NCBI GenBank assembly: GCA_000708835.1
Contig: DF237316.1
Span: 1-64,000, forward strand
From: Klebsormidium nitens
Lineage: Eukaryota; Plantae; Klebsormidiophyceae
Length of the DNA stretch: 64,000 bases
Reading direction: 5' to 3'
Shown: piece after piece, positions 24,429 through 36,708 of the stretch
Layout of the letters: every line of letters starts with the position of its first letter
How positions within the stretch are numbered: the first letter of the stretch is position 1
Translations under genes and position numbers: made by a program
The notes under the pieces: generated by a model
What the model saw: only the letters and a program-made list of their open reading frames with translations
What the model was told of the DNA's origin: nothing
Databases searched by the model: none

Positions 24429-27400
24429 ATGGTACTTGCCATTGAGTCCAGCAGTTCGAGTCGTATTGCAAGCGGGCAAAACTATGTAGATTTTGCAAGC
24501 TGCCATGACAGGGTGGCATCACTCTGCTACACTTGCAAGCAGCAAATCTGGACTAAGGAGCCTAGCAGCGGTGCACTGAGGCTCAGCTTTCGGAAGCATA
24601 GCACATTCAAGGGCTACCTGGTCAGTGCCAGCGTGCCTAAGAGCAAGCAGGTAAAACAGCTTCTGTGCCTCAGCTGTGTTGCCCGGCATTTAGGCTCAGT
24701 CGGAGACAGCGCAGATGGCCTTTCACTGCTGCTCACAGACAGAGGCCCAGGCTTGCAAGATGCAGTGCTTTTTCACTACATTGTCCGGCCGGTTGTCAAA
24801 AAGCGCACTACGATTTGCCCGGGGCCCGCAAGATACGGGGCTGTTCATCCAGCGGGGCCACGTCAAATGTACGGAATTGAACTGGCCAATGAAACAGGGG
24901 TGGTACATATACCACGTGGGTTGGTATAGGACCGCCGGTCCCGTCAGGCTGTGAGTCCCCGGTCACTAATTCAGCGTAACATCGCCTGCAGACACAGCCA
25001 ATTCAGCTGCCCGGTGACTTTTATGGTACTACTAGCCTAGGTAGCACCTACTACGAGCCTAGGTANNNNNNNNNNNNNNNNNNNNTTAAAGTGCGCTTTT
25101 TGACAACGGGATGGTCAATGTAGTGTTTCAGCGGGAGAGGTCAGGCGCATGGCTCCAGAGGTTGCAGCTCACGGACCAGCTGCTGGAAGAGGCCGCGGCG
25201 GCCAATGAGGGCGGTAGAAAAAGGAAGAACCCTAAAAAATCCGCAGCTGAGAGCTCTGGCCGGGGCATGCAGGCAGGCAAGAGACCGCGGGCAGCGCCGG
25301 TGAGCTGGTGATTATTTTCTTCTTAGATCCTATGAATATTTGCAATGCATCAGATCTCTTCCAACAGTTGCGTCAGGCCGGCCAGATTCTGCTGGACTCA
25401 TTGCCTTGCGTGCGCCCATTCAAAGAAAGGAAACACGCGTTCTGATTACATGCTCTTCATGGAATTCATTATTGCTCGCCACCCAAAAGGCTCTTTGTTG
25501 GACAAGATTCTACAGGCAGTCTTGACCTGCTCGTTCCGCTCAGATTTTGAGCATGGTGTGATGCTGATATCTGAGGCTGGTCAGGAGGTGTATCTGAAGG
25601 ACTTGGTCGGCGCTTGCAGGCACTCGAAGGCGGGGCCCCCGGCATTGCCGGCCAAGCCACTCTCTTCATCAGTGGTGTACTAGATGGCGCGTGCCGCGTG
25701 CTGCTGCCGGCGGGGCAAGACCCTGAGGGCCCGCTCCTCGGCAGGCTCTACCTGACGGCGTGGGATCACAACCGCGCAAAGCCGAAGCCGCTTGGAAAGC
25801 CTTGCAAAGAGAAGGCACTGCTGCAGGAATGCTGGTGGGATTCGCAGGGGCGGCTCAATTGCACATGCCACCGCGGCAGGCTGGCTCTGGATGCGCCATG
25901 CGTACACAAGCTGGTCTTGGCGTCCCCCTGCACGGACTTCATCGCCAGCAGCGGCTTGCCGACCGCGAAGGACCTGAGTAGTGGGGCTCACGTGGTCGAG
26001 CAATTGGGGGAGGACCCAAGCGGGGCCTTCTACGCCGTCAGGAACAGCCCGAAGGGAGTGAGCCCGGAGCACAGAATGCTCCACCGGACCACGGCTGGAG
26101 CCTGGTACTGTGAGGGCAAACTCAGCGGCTGTCCTGCGCAAGAATGCTCTCACATCACGGCGGCCAAGGCTGCCCTAGCTGCGGGAAGGGTGCAGCACTC
26201 TGAGGGCATCCTTCTCGGGCCGGACGCCCTAAGTACGGCAGCTCACTGGATAGAGGACTGGGAGGGTGAGTTGCCGTTGCTGGGCGAGCCGGGCGAGCAA
26301 AGGGTGCGAGGGGCAGGGTGCGCAATCGAGCGAGGGGCAACGGGTGAGGAGGCGGGACTGCTGGGACTGATTGCCGGGCAGAAGCAGGGGGCGGCAGAGT
26401 GCCTGGGCATCAATTGCTTTTGTCTGGAACACCTGGTTCTTTTCGGAGAGGCGCGACCGGCATCGGAGGCTGGTGATTTAGATGGGGCCCTGGAAACGTC
26501 GAGCACCAGCGTCGAGCCTTGGAAGCGGGCGCCGAGGGGTTCGAAGTACTGGGCGGAACACCGGGGCGAGCTGCGAAGCGCCGCGCCCCGCAGTGCTGCA
26601 GGAGAGCCGGCGGAGGACGCGCGGGGCGAGGATGCGATCCAAGGCTGGGTGCCAGCTTGCCACAGCTGCAAGCTGAGCGAGACGCGGCAAGGGGGGTGCA
26701 GGCATGCGGAGGCGGGGCGCGTGCAAGTGCCAGTCATGCTGCTGGGGACGGAGGCCCTCCAGATCACGAAGCCGAAGCTGGGCAAGCTCGCCGATGCCCT
26801 CGTTCACCACGATCCATGGATCAGCTCCCTTAAAGGGGGCCTCGTCCGCGTCAGCAAGCTGCGAGACTGCCACTTTCGAGAGCTCAGCCAGATGGGGATG
26901 CTCAGGGCCGCGTGCCCGATTCAGCCTCCCCCCTGCGGCGGCAAGTGGGTGGAGCACGTGAAGGCGGCCGTTATACACGCCTCCACCTGGTCAGAGCGGG
27001 TGCTAACGACAATCTACTGCTGCCAGTGCACCAGCAAAGCGCACACGGTGCACTTCTGTGGGGAGCACCTCGGCCTCTACTGCTGGACGGCGGGGACCAT
27101 CCTGGTCCAGGAGAGCCTGCAGCTCATCCTCAAGGGGATGCAGCGCTCCGGGTCGGCCTTCTCCGCCGAGCTGGCGAGGGACCAGGAGGCGTTCGCCCGC
27201 TCCCCCGAGTCGGTCGTTTTATCGGACGAGAGCTGGCGCAGGGCGAGCTTGGACTTCTTCAAGCTAGTGGGCAGGCAGATCCTCGAGTGCTGTTCTATCT
27301 GCGGCGTGCATCCGGAGGTGAGCACTTCTTGCAGCGTGGTCTCACCTCTCGTACGGTCGCCGTTCTTTGAGGAATGAGCGATCCGCCGACGAACGCCCGT

Positions 27401-30400
27401 AGCGAATCGATATCCATATTCAAATCACCTTCGTTGAATTCGTCGGCCAACGTAAGTCGGGTCACGCGCTGCCTTGCCGCATCCATGCTGTGGTGCATTC
27501 TTCAAGGATTTAAACGCTCCAATATTTCCGCACTGCTTTTTAGGCGTCGGCAAACCCGTCATCAGAATCAGGCTACAGATTTATTGAATGTTGATTTTGT
27601 ACAAGATGAAGTTTGAACACGGGGTTTACAGGGTGGTTTTCGAAATCATACGTTCGGTATTGTAGAAGAGGGCTCAGCCCTCTCCTTCATTCAATTTCCC
27701 CAAACTTTCAAGGTGCTTTTGAAAGCTGGTGACTTTTCGGTTTTGAACTCATGCAGGTGCTCCTGGCGGACGGAATAGTCGGCGTGGCGAATAGCGACGG
27801 AGGCAAACGCCCCGGAGGCCTTGGCAACACGTCCTTGGACTGCAGGCGGACGTTCGTCCACCCCAGCCAGCACTCGAGCGGCGAGGCGCTGGAGAAGCAG
27901 TCGATCAGCGGGCGCGACTACTGCGCCGCGAGCCTCGAAGGCGGCGGAATGAAGCGAAGGCTCGTTCTGCAGCCGGAGCTCCGCGACCTGCTTGCGCGTC
28001 TCTCGCAGCACAGGCCGACCTCCGAAAGGCTTGGGCAACGGCTCAGCGAGGCGGAGTACCCGCTTCTCAAGGCAGCGCTCGCTCGGGAGGACGTGAAGGA
28101 GGTGGTGCGTTTCAGCCAGGTCGAGGGTGAACCGGGCAGGCTGCCGATCTTGGCCAGGCGGCGGCTGCTGGACGAGCAGGTTCAGATGGTTCGGGAGAAG
28201 AATCTCGCCGTGCTGCGGCTGCTTTGGGGCATCGAGGCGGACCTAGAGGCGCGAGGGGGCAGCCCCCGCATCTGGGAGCACTCGCCGGGCGAATGGGGCG
28301 AACTGCTCTACGATCTGGGCGCGCACGATGCGGACTGCGGGATCATCGGGACATCAGGCGGCCTCTCGGTCGTCCGCAGGCTGCTGCTGGGGTACGCGGC
28401 CACGGTGGAGGACTGCAGGCTGCTCGGGGCCGGCTCGCCGATCCTGCGGTNNNNNNNNNNNNNNNNNNNNGACTGCAGGCTGCGTCGGGGCCGGCCGTCC
28501 GCCGGACTCCTCGCGGTGGTGCTGGACGCCTACGGCGGCGGCTGCTTCCCGGCCTTCTCGCGCCGGCCCTCCACCATCTGTACATTCTGACCGCGCTGGC
28601 TCGGGGCTGCACCGGCTTCGGGGACGAGCATCGAGACGGCTGGGTGATAGCCGCGCTCAGGCCGCTCAATCACGCCGTCGAGCTCTTGCGGATCCAGGCG
28701 GAGCGGGGCGCGCTGGACGGGCAGGAGACGCGACTTTTGGCGGACGCTCGCGGCCTCGCGGACCGGTTGCTGCCCGGGGTGGAGGCGCTGAGGCCGAGCC
28801 CGGCTCAATGGGCGGCGATGAGCGGGGTTGAGCGAGAGCTCTTATGGGAACGGCTCGGACGTGATGAGGAGGGCCACCAGATGCACCCGCTCCCGCCGGG
28901 GCACGGCTTCCGGGCGGAGCTTGATGCGCTTGGGCATTACGCGTTGCCGGGGTGGGAGCAGAAGCGCGGTCTGCCGCATTACGTCACATTCGAGCACGCC
29001 AACGGGAAGAGTCGGACGGGGGAGGAATTCAAGTGCAATTCGGGGCAGACGGAGACCGAATGGGACGCCGCAAACGTGCCCGGGCTGACGCGGGGAGGCG
29101 GAAAGGGGAAGAAGGCGAAGCGGCCGCACAAGAGCAGAGGCGCCATGGTGGTCTGCTGCCCCCATCGGGTCATCTACGGCTTCCACGTGATGCTGAGAGG
29201 CGAAAGTCCAAGGGACGTCTTCACCGTGCTTTTCACGCGGCTGAACCGGGAGCACCTCCCCAAATTCGTCGTCTACGACAACGCCTGCGCCCTGCGCAAC
29301 TACTGCATGAGGCGCGAGCCCGCGTTTTTCGCCGAGATCACATTCGTCGTGGACAGGTGAGCGTCGAACCGANNNNNNNNNNNNNNNNNNNNNNNNNNNN
29401 NNNNNNNNNNNNNNNNNNNNNNNNNNNNNNNNNNNNNNNNNNNNNNNNNNNNNNNNNNNNNNNNNNNNNNNNNNNNNNNNNNNNNNNNNNNNNNNNNNNN
29501 NNNNNNNNNNNNNNNNNNNNNNNNNNNNNNNNNNNNNNNNNNNNNNNNNNNNNNNNNNNNNNNNNNNNNNNNNNNNNNNNNNNNNNNNNNNNNNNNNNNN
29601 NNNNNNNNNNNNNNNNNNNNNNNNNNNNNNNNNNNNNNNNNNNNNNNNNNNNNNNNNNNNNNNNNNNNNNNNNNNNNNNNNNNNNNNNNNNNNNNNNNNN
29701 NNNNNNNNNNNNNNNNNNNNNNNNNNNNNNNNNNNNNNNNNNNNNNNNNNNNNNNNNNNNNNNNNNNNNNNNNNNNNNNNNNNNNNNNNNNNNNNNNNNN
29801 NNNNNNNNNNNNNNNNNNNNNNNNNNNNNNNNNNNNNNNNNNNNNNNNNNNNNNNNNNNNNNNNNNNNNNNNNNNNNNNNNNNNNNNNNNNNNNNNNNNN
29901 NNNNNNNNNNNNNNNNNNNNNNNNNNNNNNNNNNNNNNNNNNNNNNNNNNNNNNNNNNNNNNNNNNNNNNNNNNNNNNNNNNNNNNNNNNNNNNNNNNNN
30001 NNNNNNNNNNNNNNNNNNNNNNNNNNNNNNNNAACCGATAGGAAACGTTTCCCTTTCGTCATCATCGTCGATGGCGTCTCGCAACTTTGACACCGTTGTA
30101 CGAAATGGTCAACAGTCAAAACCTGCATCCTATTAGATATATATAAGTCGTTATAGATTGCAAGAATTGACTGTTCTCCAAGGGCATGCCGAGGGCGCAA
30201 TGGCCCCCTTGCTGCCTCCGCGTTATCTCAATCGCGAACTTGCAAGCGCCTTCTGGCCCGTTAATATGTGCATTCACTGTGCAACACGGCTTGAAGGTGC
30301 GAGGACGTAGCAAAAGTCGCTGCGATGTTGGTGCAGGTTTCACTACGCCAAGGCGGGTGCGGAGGTTCACAAGTGCGGGCCCTCCAACGCCACCGACTTC

Positions 30401-30634
30401 TACGATCTGCTTCGGTGGGTCAACACCTCGGCGGTGGAGTCCGTGAACAGCTTCTTGAAGAGGTTTAGGACGCTGGGCTGGTACTCGGGGCTGGAGAGCT
30501 TCATGATCTTCCTGTCCATCCTCCTCAGCGGCTATAACGTCGATCTCAGGCGGGTAGACGATGCGAAGCTGAGGGTGACGGTGCCGGCAGGGCAATGGAG
30601 TGAGATAGTCAGGAGGCTGCTGTTAGGAGGGTGA
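24429..30634 (+). CDS. KDZ (Kyakuja-Dileera-Zisupton) transposase with Zn fingers; exons 24429-25299 (interrupted at 24774-25125), 25620-27317, 27757-29356, 30337-30634
   Basis: SWIM-like CTC...CVH and C...CSH motifs, a Cys cluster, and CSICGVHPEVLLADG (first catalytic D). Also VVCCPHRVIYGFHVMLRGESPRD, VYDNACAL (second D), VDR|FH across a phase-2 intron, and NTSAVESVNSFL (catalytic E). Sequence gaps at 28450-28470 and 29373-30032. Confidence 0.85.
24774..25125. mobile_element. CACTA (En/Spm)-type non-autonomous insertion with 3-bp TSD TTT
   Basis: Begins CACTACATTG...ggttgtcaaaaagcgcact and ends agtgcgctttttgacaacgg...CAATGTAGTG. ttt at 24771-24773 and 25126-25128. It contains a 20-N gap, so its true length is uncertain. 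Confidence 0.85.
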
Positions 30635-30673
30635 TCGGTTCGCTACCTTTGGAATGCAAAACGGTCCTGAAAC

Positions 30674-30716
30674 ACGATTGTATCAGATTGTATCAGATTG
30701 TATCAGATTGTATCAC
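30674..30716 (+). repeat. 10-bp tandem repeat (GATTGTATCA)x4
   Basis: Read directly. The TGTATCA/TGATAC core recurs near 30845, 30865, 30945-30965 and 31155. Confidence 0.85.
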
Positions 30717-31175
30717 GTTCCAAACGGTGCGGAATGTGGATTGAATGAATGCCATTTTCTCACTCGCATGCATTGCAATTGGGGGGGGATGGACAAAAAT
30801 GGAGAGGCCAGGCTCGTCGCGTCACAAACGGGTGGAAAATGATCCTGATACATTGATGCGCTTGATACAGTCTTCACAAGTTCTCTATATATATACAAAA
30901 AAACACCCTCTCTTTTTTCAAAATATATATTATACTTTACCCTTGTATCTTGTATCATTTGTATCAGCTTCGTGATGGCCTTTCTTCCTCTAATTCCACC
31001 TCTTTCCCCCATTTGCTTTTGTGTCCTCTAAAGAAATTCCTAGTATCATTCTAAATATTGCTATCATCGCGGCCGTTCTCGGGTGACGAGAGACGTTTGG
31101 GGAACCGCTCACTACCTGATACAGCTTTTATGGCAGGGCCAAAAACGCGTATCAGTTGTATCACCTCCCAGCGAG

Positions 31176-34100
31176 TTACCTGGATTCTCGAGGACCCCAA
31201 CAATCTTCTAATGAAGGCTGGATTCGACACGATTCGGCCACCGGCGGTTCCGAGTTGCCGTCTTCGTCCTCCCGAAGTTCGTCATCGGTCTTGAGCCGGA
31301 TTCCGAAGAAGCCAGCTGATCTGCGTCGCGAACCATCGACCATCGGGATCATTCGATTTACGCCTGTGAATGGGTGTTGATAGATGTTCTTCGCTTTCAT
31401 TGCCTGTGTTAGGATTCCGTCGTTGGCCATCGCTCTATCGTGTCCTAAACTCATCAAGAATGCGGCGTAGGCCGCCGTGATTTCGACTTTGGTGATCTTG
31501 TACTCCCTCCCCAGCTTGCAGAAACCGGAAACTCACGCACCCAACTGATCGTTCTCGGTCGTATATTTGGTGATAGCTGCGCTGAAAATCTGCGGGATTG
31601 GTTTCAGAGCCGGTGCGCTCGGATTTGCCGCCTTACGTGCGTAGTACATCATTGCTCCTTCCACGCAGAAATCTAGGGTGTCGGCAGCGCCCTCGTCCGA
31701 CTCCATGTAGTTCTTCAGGTTGGTGTCGATAAGCCTGTGCAGTGGATTATTCGCGTCGATCTGGTCCTCGCTTCTGAAAAGCTTGTTGAACATCATCAGG
31801 AGGAGGCGCCGAATCATGCCCTCATCGTTGGCGGGGAACAATGGCCGGTAATTCGTCAGCATGCATAGCTTGAAACGCGGCACATAGTTCTCCGTCTTGC
31901 AGAACAACTGGCGAGCATTGATCCCGCCTCCACCGGTTAATTCCTTCAAAGAGCCGCAGTTGAGATGCTCTTCTTGTTCGCTCTCGTCCATGATCACGAG
32001 GCGAGCTGCCTTTATGTGCATCAGGTGGGACGACGCGGCCGATGCGCTCTGGCTAAAGGCTGGTTTGATGAATATGGCCTTTGCACCGGTGGTGCAATAC
32101 GTGCCGAATGCCTTTTGCAGTGCGATTTTCAGCTGCGTTTTTCCGTTTCCTCCGCAGCCATTCAAGATTGAAAGGAGCTCTTCACAGGTCTCGCCCGTGA
32201 GGCAATACCCAAAGAACATTTGGACCCACTCGATGATGCTTTCGTCCAGGACCGAGATCATGAAACCCCGGAATTTCGCTGTGGGGGCTCTGCTTGCCCC
32301 TCGCACGTACGTGAAGGTTTGGTTGTTGCACAGATCCTTCGGATGGTGCTTCGAAAGCTGCCCGGTCTTCAGATCGATCAACCCGTTTGGTGCATTGGCC
32401 ACGCAAGGATCCTAATCGAACTTATCCGTGAGTTGGGCCACGAACAGTTCAGTGATCGTCGAATGCAGACACTTAGCCACTTGGACCGGATCTTGGACGT
32501 TGATTTTGAAGGGGGGCATATCCCTCTCGCTTTGATCCATGCAAGATTTCGTGGCAGACTTTATCATGGGTTTCCGCTTCTCGGGAACCGAATCCAAGTC
32601 CACTTCGCGCGTCTCTTGGTTCCAAAAGGGTGCTAAAACAGGGTGCTCCGATAGCAGCTTCCTCTCATGGTCGTCTCGCTTCATCTCGTACCAAGTCATC
32701 AAAATCCCCATCTGCGATGTGAACACGTTTGAGACGAGATTGTAAGTGTCTTGGATCCAAGAGGAGCCGTTCCATACGTAGAAAACCGCCGCTCCTTTCT
32801 GTGACTTTTCTGCTTCGTGCACGGTGGTAAGGATTCGGCCTTCAATCATGTATAAATATGCAAAGAGCTTGCCCAAGTTGGCAAAAGCTCCAGGTACGGC
32901 ATTGGCAAGTACGATCTGAAGCAGCAAATTCCGGGTCTCTTGAGACCCCTTGATGTGCCTCATAATTACCTGCATGTCGTCGTATTGATCGACCGGATCG
33001 CTGGTGGCATCCTCAAGAGCTGCTTCTAGGCTCAATTGGCCGAGCTTCCTCACCGGCTCGTGGGAACATTGGTCACCGTGGCAGCGGTAGTAGACATTCC
33101 GCCCGCGCTTCAGCAGGTTGAAATTATTGCTGCCTTGATGTTCGCGGCCGAAGAAGCACGTCCTAGGCCCGGTCGTCCGGAAGCAGTAATACGTACCGTA
33201 TAGACCGTGCTGGAGCGAGCTCGCATACGTGCTTGACGAATCCTTCGCCTTCTCCTTCAGCATCTTCTGAAGCTCTCGCACGAGCAGACCATCCTGCGCC
33301 AATGGCACATGTGTCGCACCCCCTGTGACCGGCTCGACCGGTCTGGCCGGCTGGACCGGCTCATCTTCTGAGGCTGGATTCTGGTCAACTTCGCCACCGC
33401 TGTCGACAGCGCGGGGCAGTGGGGCACATTCCGAGGCGGCGATCGAAGGCCCCGCACCAGCTGAGCCTCGATTGATAGTATCGACAAGCCAGCTTGGCAT
33501 TGCCTGTGGGATTCCGTCGCCCTCAGGTGCCCAGGAGTAGCCTCGAGATTCGCCGTGCTGCCCCAGATATCGAGCAGGTGGGGCAAAGCAGAGACCTCCG
33601 ATGCCTCTGCCATCGATACCGTAGTCCTTGCCTTCGACGACCAGCCCTGCAAAGTTGTTAGTTCTATTCAGGCCGACCGTTGCGGTGATGTCGAAGTAAT
33701 AGTGGTAACCCCCACTGCCGGTGACGACCTTCAATGTTGCAGGCTCACCGTGCTGGCTTGTTAGCTTGTTCCAAATTTCAATACCGGAGCGTTTTATCTT
33801 ACCGTCCGACTTGATACTGCTTGCAACGTCGACGTCGACGCAAAACAGCTTACTTGGCTCTGTCATTACAGCAAGGCCGTTACACTTCTTGGACGACCTG
33901 AGGACGCTCCCGATTTTGGCTTTCCACTTGTCCACCGTTGCCAGCTGACCCCAGGGAAGTGAGAATTTCGGATCTTTTTTACCGCTCGCTTTCAAGGTGA
34001 TGGTCACTGGTACACAATAGATTTCGTGCGTGCTCAGGCGCATGATCTCCGAGCTGACGTCCTTGGGGTCTAGGGCCGACGGCCTCACGTCGGATCGAGC

Positions 34101-34268
34101 GCCCGGGGTCAAACCGTCGGGGTATTGTTGAGGAGCCTGGAGGCCTGACGCTGACAAGGTGGCGGCAGTCTCAGAGGAGTTGCTGGTGTTCATGGCGCTG
34201 AGCATGTTATACTCTAAGGTTCTGTTAGGAAAAAAATAAGCGTCAGAAAAACGCACGTACGCGGACAA
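31176..34268 (-). pseudogene. Intronless virus-like prim-pol + D5-like SF3 helicase, ~1030 codons, with two in-frame stops (TAG 32412-32414, TGA 31533-31535)
   Basis: Prim-pol motifs GLAVMT...FCVDVD...TGSGGYHYYF...IDGRGIGG; Zn region YRCHGDQC; D5_N (FD*DPCVANAPNGLIDLKTG); Walker A GCGGNGKT; Walker B LVIMDE; TNYRP. ORFs 32412-34268, 31533-32402 and 31176-31457 share one frame. Confidence 0.85.
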
Positions 34269-34304
34269 CCCTCGAATATTTTCTCAAGTGAGACTACGAC
34301 TGAA

Positions 34305-34637
34305 ATGTCAGACACACTTAACAACCTACCCAAGAAAGGCACTTACGCCGACGAGGTGTTTACCTGTGAGTGCCGCCATTGCTTGACGGCACGAAAATAC
34401 AAACTGCGGAATCCGGATGCTCAAAACCGTTCTATGGCCGAATACTATCAGCGAAACAAAGATACCCTCCTCATTGATCAAGCATGGCTGCGATACAAGC
34501 GAGGGGTGAATCTTCACTTCAAGACCCTTACGAAACTCAAACAAGCTGGCTTCCCCGTAGAAATGACCGCTGGTGCGCCAGCCTCTCAGCCTACAGAGAA
34601 TGATCTGATGCATTTCGTTGCAGTCGAAGCCGCTTAG
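34305..34637 (+). CDS. Small basic protein (110 aa) with a CxCxxC motif, virus-like hypothetical
   Basis: Intronless ATG ORF packed between the primase and recombinase genes. Its stop overlaps the restored recombinase stop at 34634-34637. Confidence 0.55.
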   Translation: MSDTLNNLPKKGTYADEVFTCECRHCLTARKYKLRNPDAQNRSMAEYYQRNKDTLLIDQAWLRYKRGVNLHFKTLTKLKQAGFPVEMTAGAPASQPTENDLMHFVAVEAA

Positions 34638-35690
34638 CCCTTTGGTTTCCTTTCGTACGATCGCATCTGTGTGGTGACTGAATGGAGCATCCTAGACGCC
34701 ACATATTGCCTATCCGCTAGCGAGGCGTCGTTCTGGTACCGGTCTGTCAGGAAAATTGTGCCGCAAGTGGTTGATTGTCAGATGTCGCCCATCAGTGAAT
34801 GGAATCTCGCGAATGAATTGGGTTAGGTACTCGTCGTTCATAGGGTCGCCAAGGTTGCTCAGCAACGTCAGGAAAAACGCTCGAGGTACGAGCTCGATCG
34901 AGCGCTTGATGTAACACGAGAGTCGCTTCGGCATCTCGAACCGCTGCTCCCCGTACTGCTTTGCTGTTTTGAACGACTTTAGCACGAGTACGTAAGTCTC
35001 GGTGTCTCTAGACTCCTTCAAAACGTTTCCGTACTCATCGAACATGTCCTTTGCGGCCTGATTGTGAAAGCTGCCGTCCGCTTTCTGCAACGGGAGGTCG
35101 GACCAATCGCGCCGCTTAGGCGGTTCGAGAACGTTGGCAGCCAGAAGTAGGTGTTGGAAGACCACCTTCACCTCCTCTCGATTCAGGCGCCGCCCGCTCC
35201 CTCGAAACTCTGGCAGGATCTGACGCCTTATGCGCCGTCCCAACTCTTCCATTTTGTCCTTGATCTCCTGCATCGTGATCCAATTGTCCAACTCTTTTTT
35301 GGTGGCCTTTTGGGAGCCCGCGTTTCTCATCTGTTCAGCCTTTGCCAGCAAAAAGCACACGTAGTACTTCCTGTGAGTCTCCTGCCACCCGTTCTGGCGA
35401 GAGAGGGCCATAAGAGGGGTCAGCTTGTTGCACAGTGACCCTTTGCTTGGGTAGTGCTTTTGGATGACCTCGATAACCCGATCTACGCTGTCTTTGATCC
35501 ACTCTAGGTCATCCGGCAGGGAATCGCCCGAACCCAGAAGGCGATGGACCGCATTTAAAGACTTGACATACTGAGCACAGGTGCTCTCAGCCCTGCCCTC
35601 TCCCTCCAGCAATTTTGCATGGCACATGGCCGAGCCGCAGCGCACGATCCTTACGTCATCATCCACGGCTGCTTCCTGCGAGGATGTCAT
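34634..35690 (-). pseudogene. Tyrosine recombinase/integrase of virophage/Polinton-like-virus type, with a 1-nt frameshift near 34751-34755
   Basis: PPKRRD (R), SFKTAKQYG (K) and INHLRH (HxxR). The shifted frame reads LTDRYQNDASLADRQYVASRMLHSVTTQMRSYERKPKG*, which supplies the H and the catalytic Y. Confidence 0.78.
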
Positions 35691-36708
35691 TTAGATATAC
35701 TGAGGAAGTATTCCCAGAATACCACGAGTTCAAAACGACGTCCCCCTGACCATCATAACCCCTTCGAAAGCAATTCCAAGGGAGTCGGGTCGTGTTTTTA
35801 GGAGGGGCACGGACACCAACATCCACTGATTCGGAGAAAAGTGCACTAGGTCGGGATTTAAAAACGCGGTATTTTCTGAAAATACCGATCCAGGGATTCT
35901 AGCTGATAAGGGGGCATGTTCGCATTTAATACTGCTTTCGGCCTGACGATTGGTCGGGAACTGGGCATGATTCTAAGAGGTTCGAGACATTTACTTGGAG
36001 TGCGTCCGGGGGGAGGTCATTTTCTTTGAGCCCTGCTGCATTTTTTTTCATTGCATTTGACAACGATATGGAAGAGCAACCTCTTGACGAAGGTAAAGAC
36101 CGGCGTTCGTTTCGGGTTCTCAAAGCTCTTGACATGAAGTGCACTGATCAAAGCAATAGGCTGGATGGAGCTCGGCTGGAGATCGACGCCGAGAAGGGCA
36201 GAGTAGTCCAAGCGGGCTCAAGAGCAGGATCTTCTCTTTTTCGACTGCTCAAGGCAGATTCCCGTAAGTCCGCAACCCTTCCCTACGCATGCAGCATTCT
36301 CCTACAGGAAACGACGAGAAGCAGCAAGCATAAGCAGTTCGCATACTCTGTCTCTCTTTGCGCATTACCTGAAATAGAAGGCCTGAGGGAATGCAGTTTC
36401 AGGGAAGTTACCGAACAACGGCAACGAAGCTGACGTTGGAGGCATTTGATGCCTTGCTGCAGAAATCAACGGGGAGTTTGAAAAAACAAAGCGTGACAGC
36501 GGCGGCCCTCATGGGTAAAAACCCAAGGCGTTCCAAACCTACGAAGAAGACTCAAACATTGGGGTCTACTCCTTAAGCTCCGATGACCAGTAATTTTACT
36601 TAGGGAAATATTCACGAACTGTCGAATCAACCCGTAAGGCTTGACACAGCAACGGCGCACGCTTCGATGCGTGAAAAAACGGACTACTTTCCTTAAACTT
36701 CTTAAAAG

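Noticed and set aside
28420-28520. Apparent frameshift in the KDZ transposase
   Set aside because: The same sequence (gactgcaggctgc...ggggccggc) appears on both sides of a 20-N gap with low-quality differences. This points to overlapping contig ends, not a biological lesion.
28842-30200. Long ORFs spanning N runs, also 53939-54720
   Set aside because: Their length is an artefact of unresolved bases.
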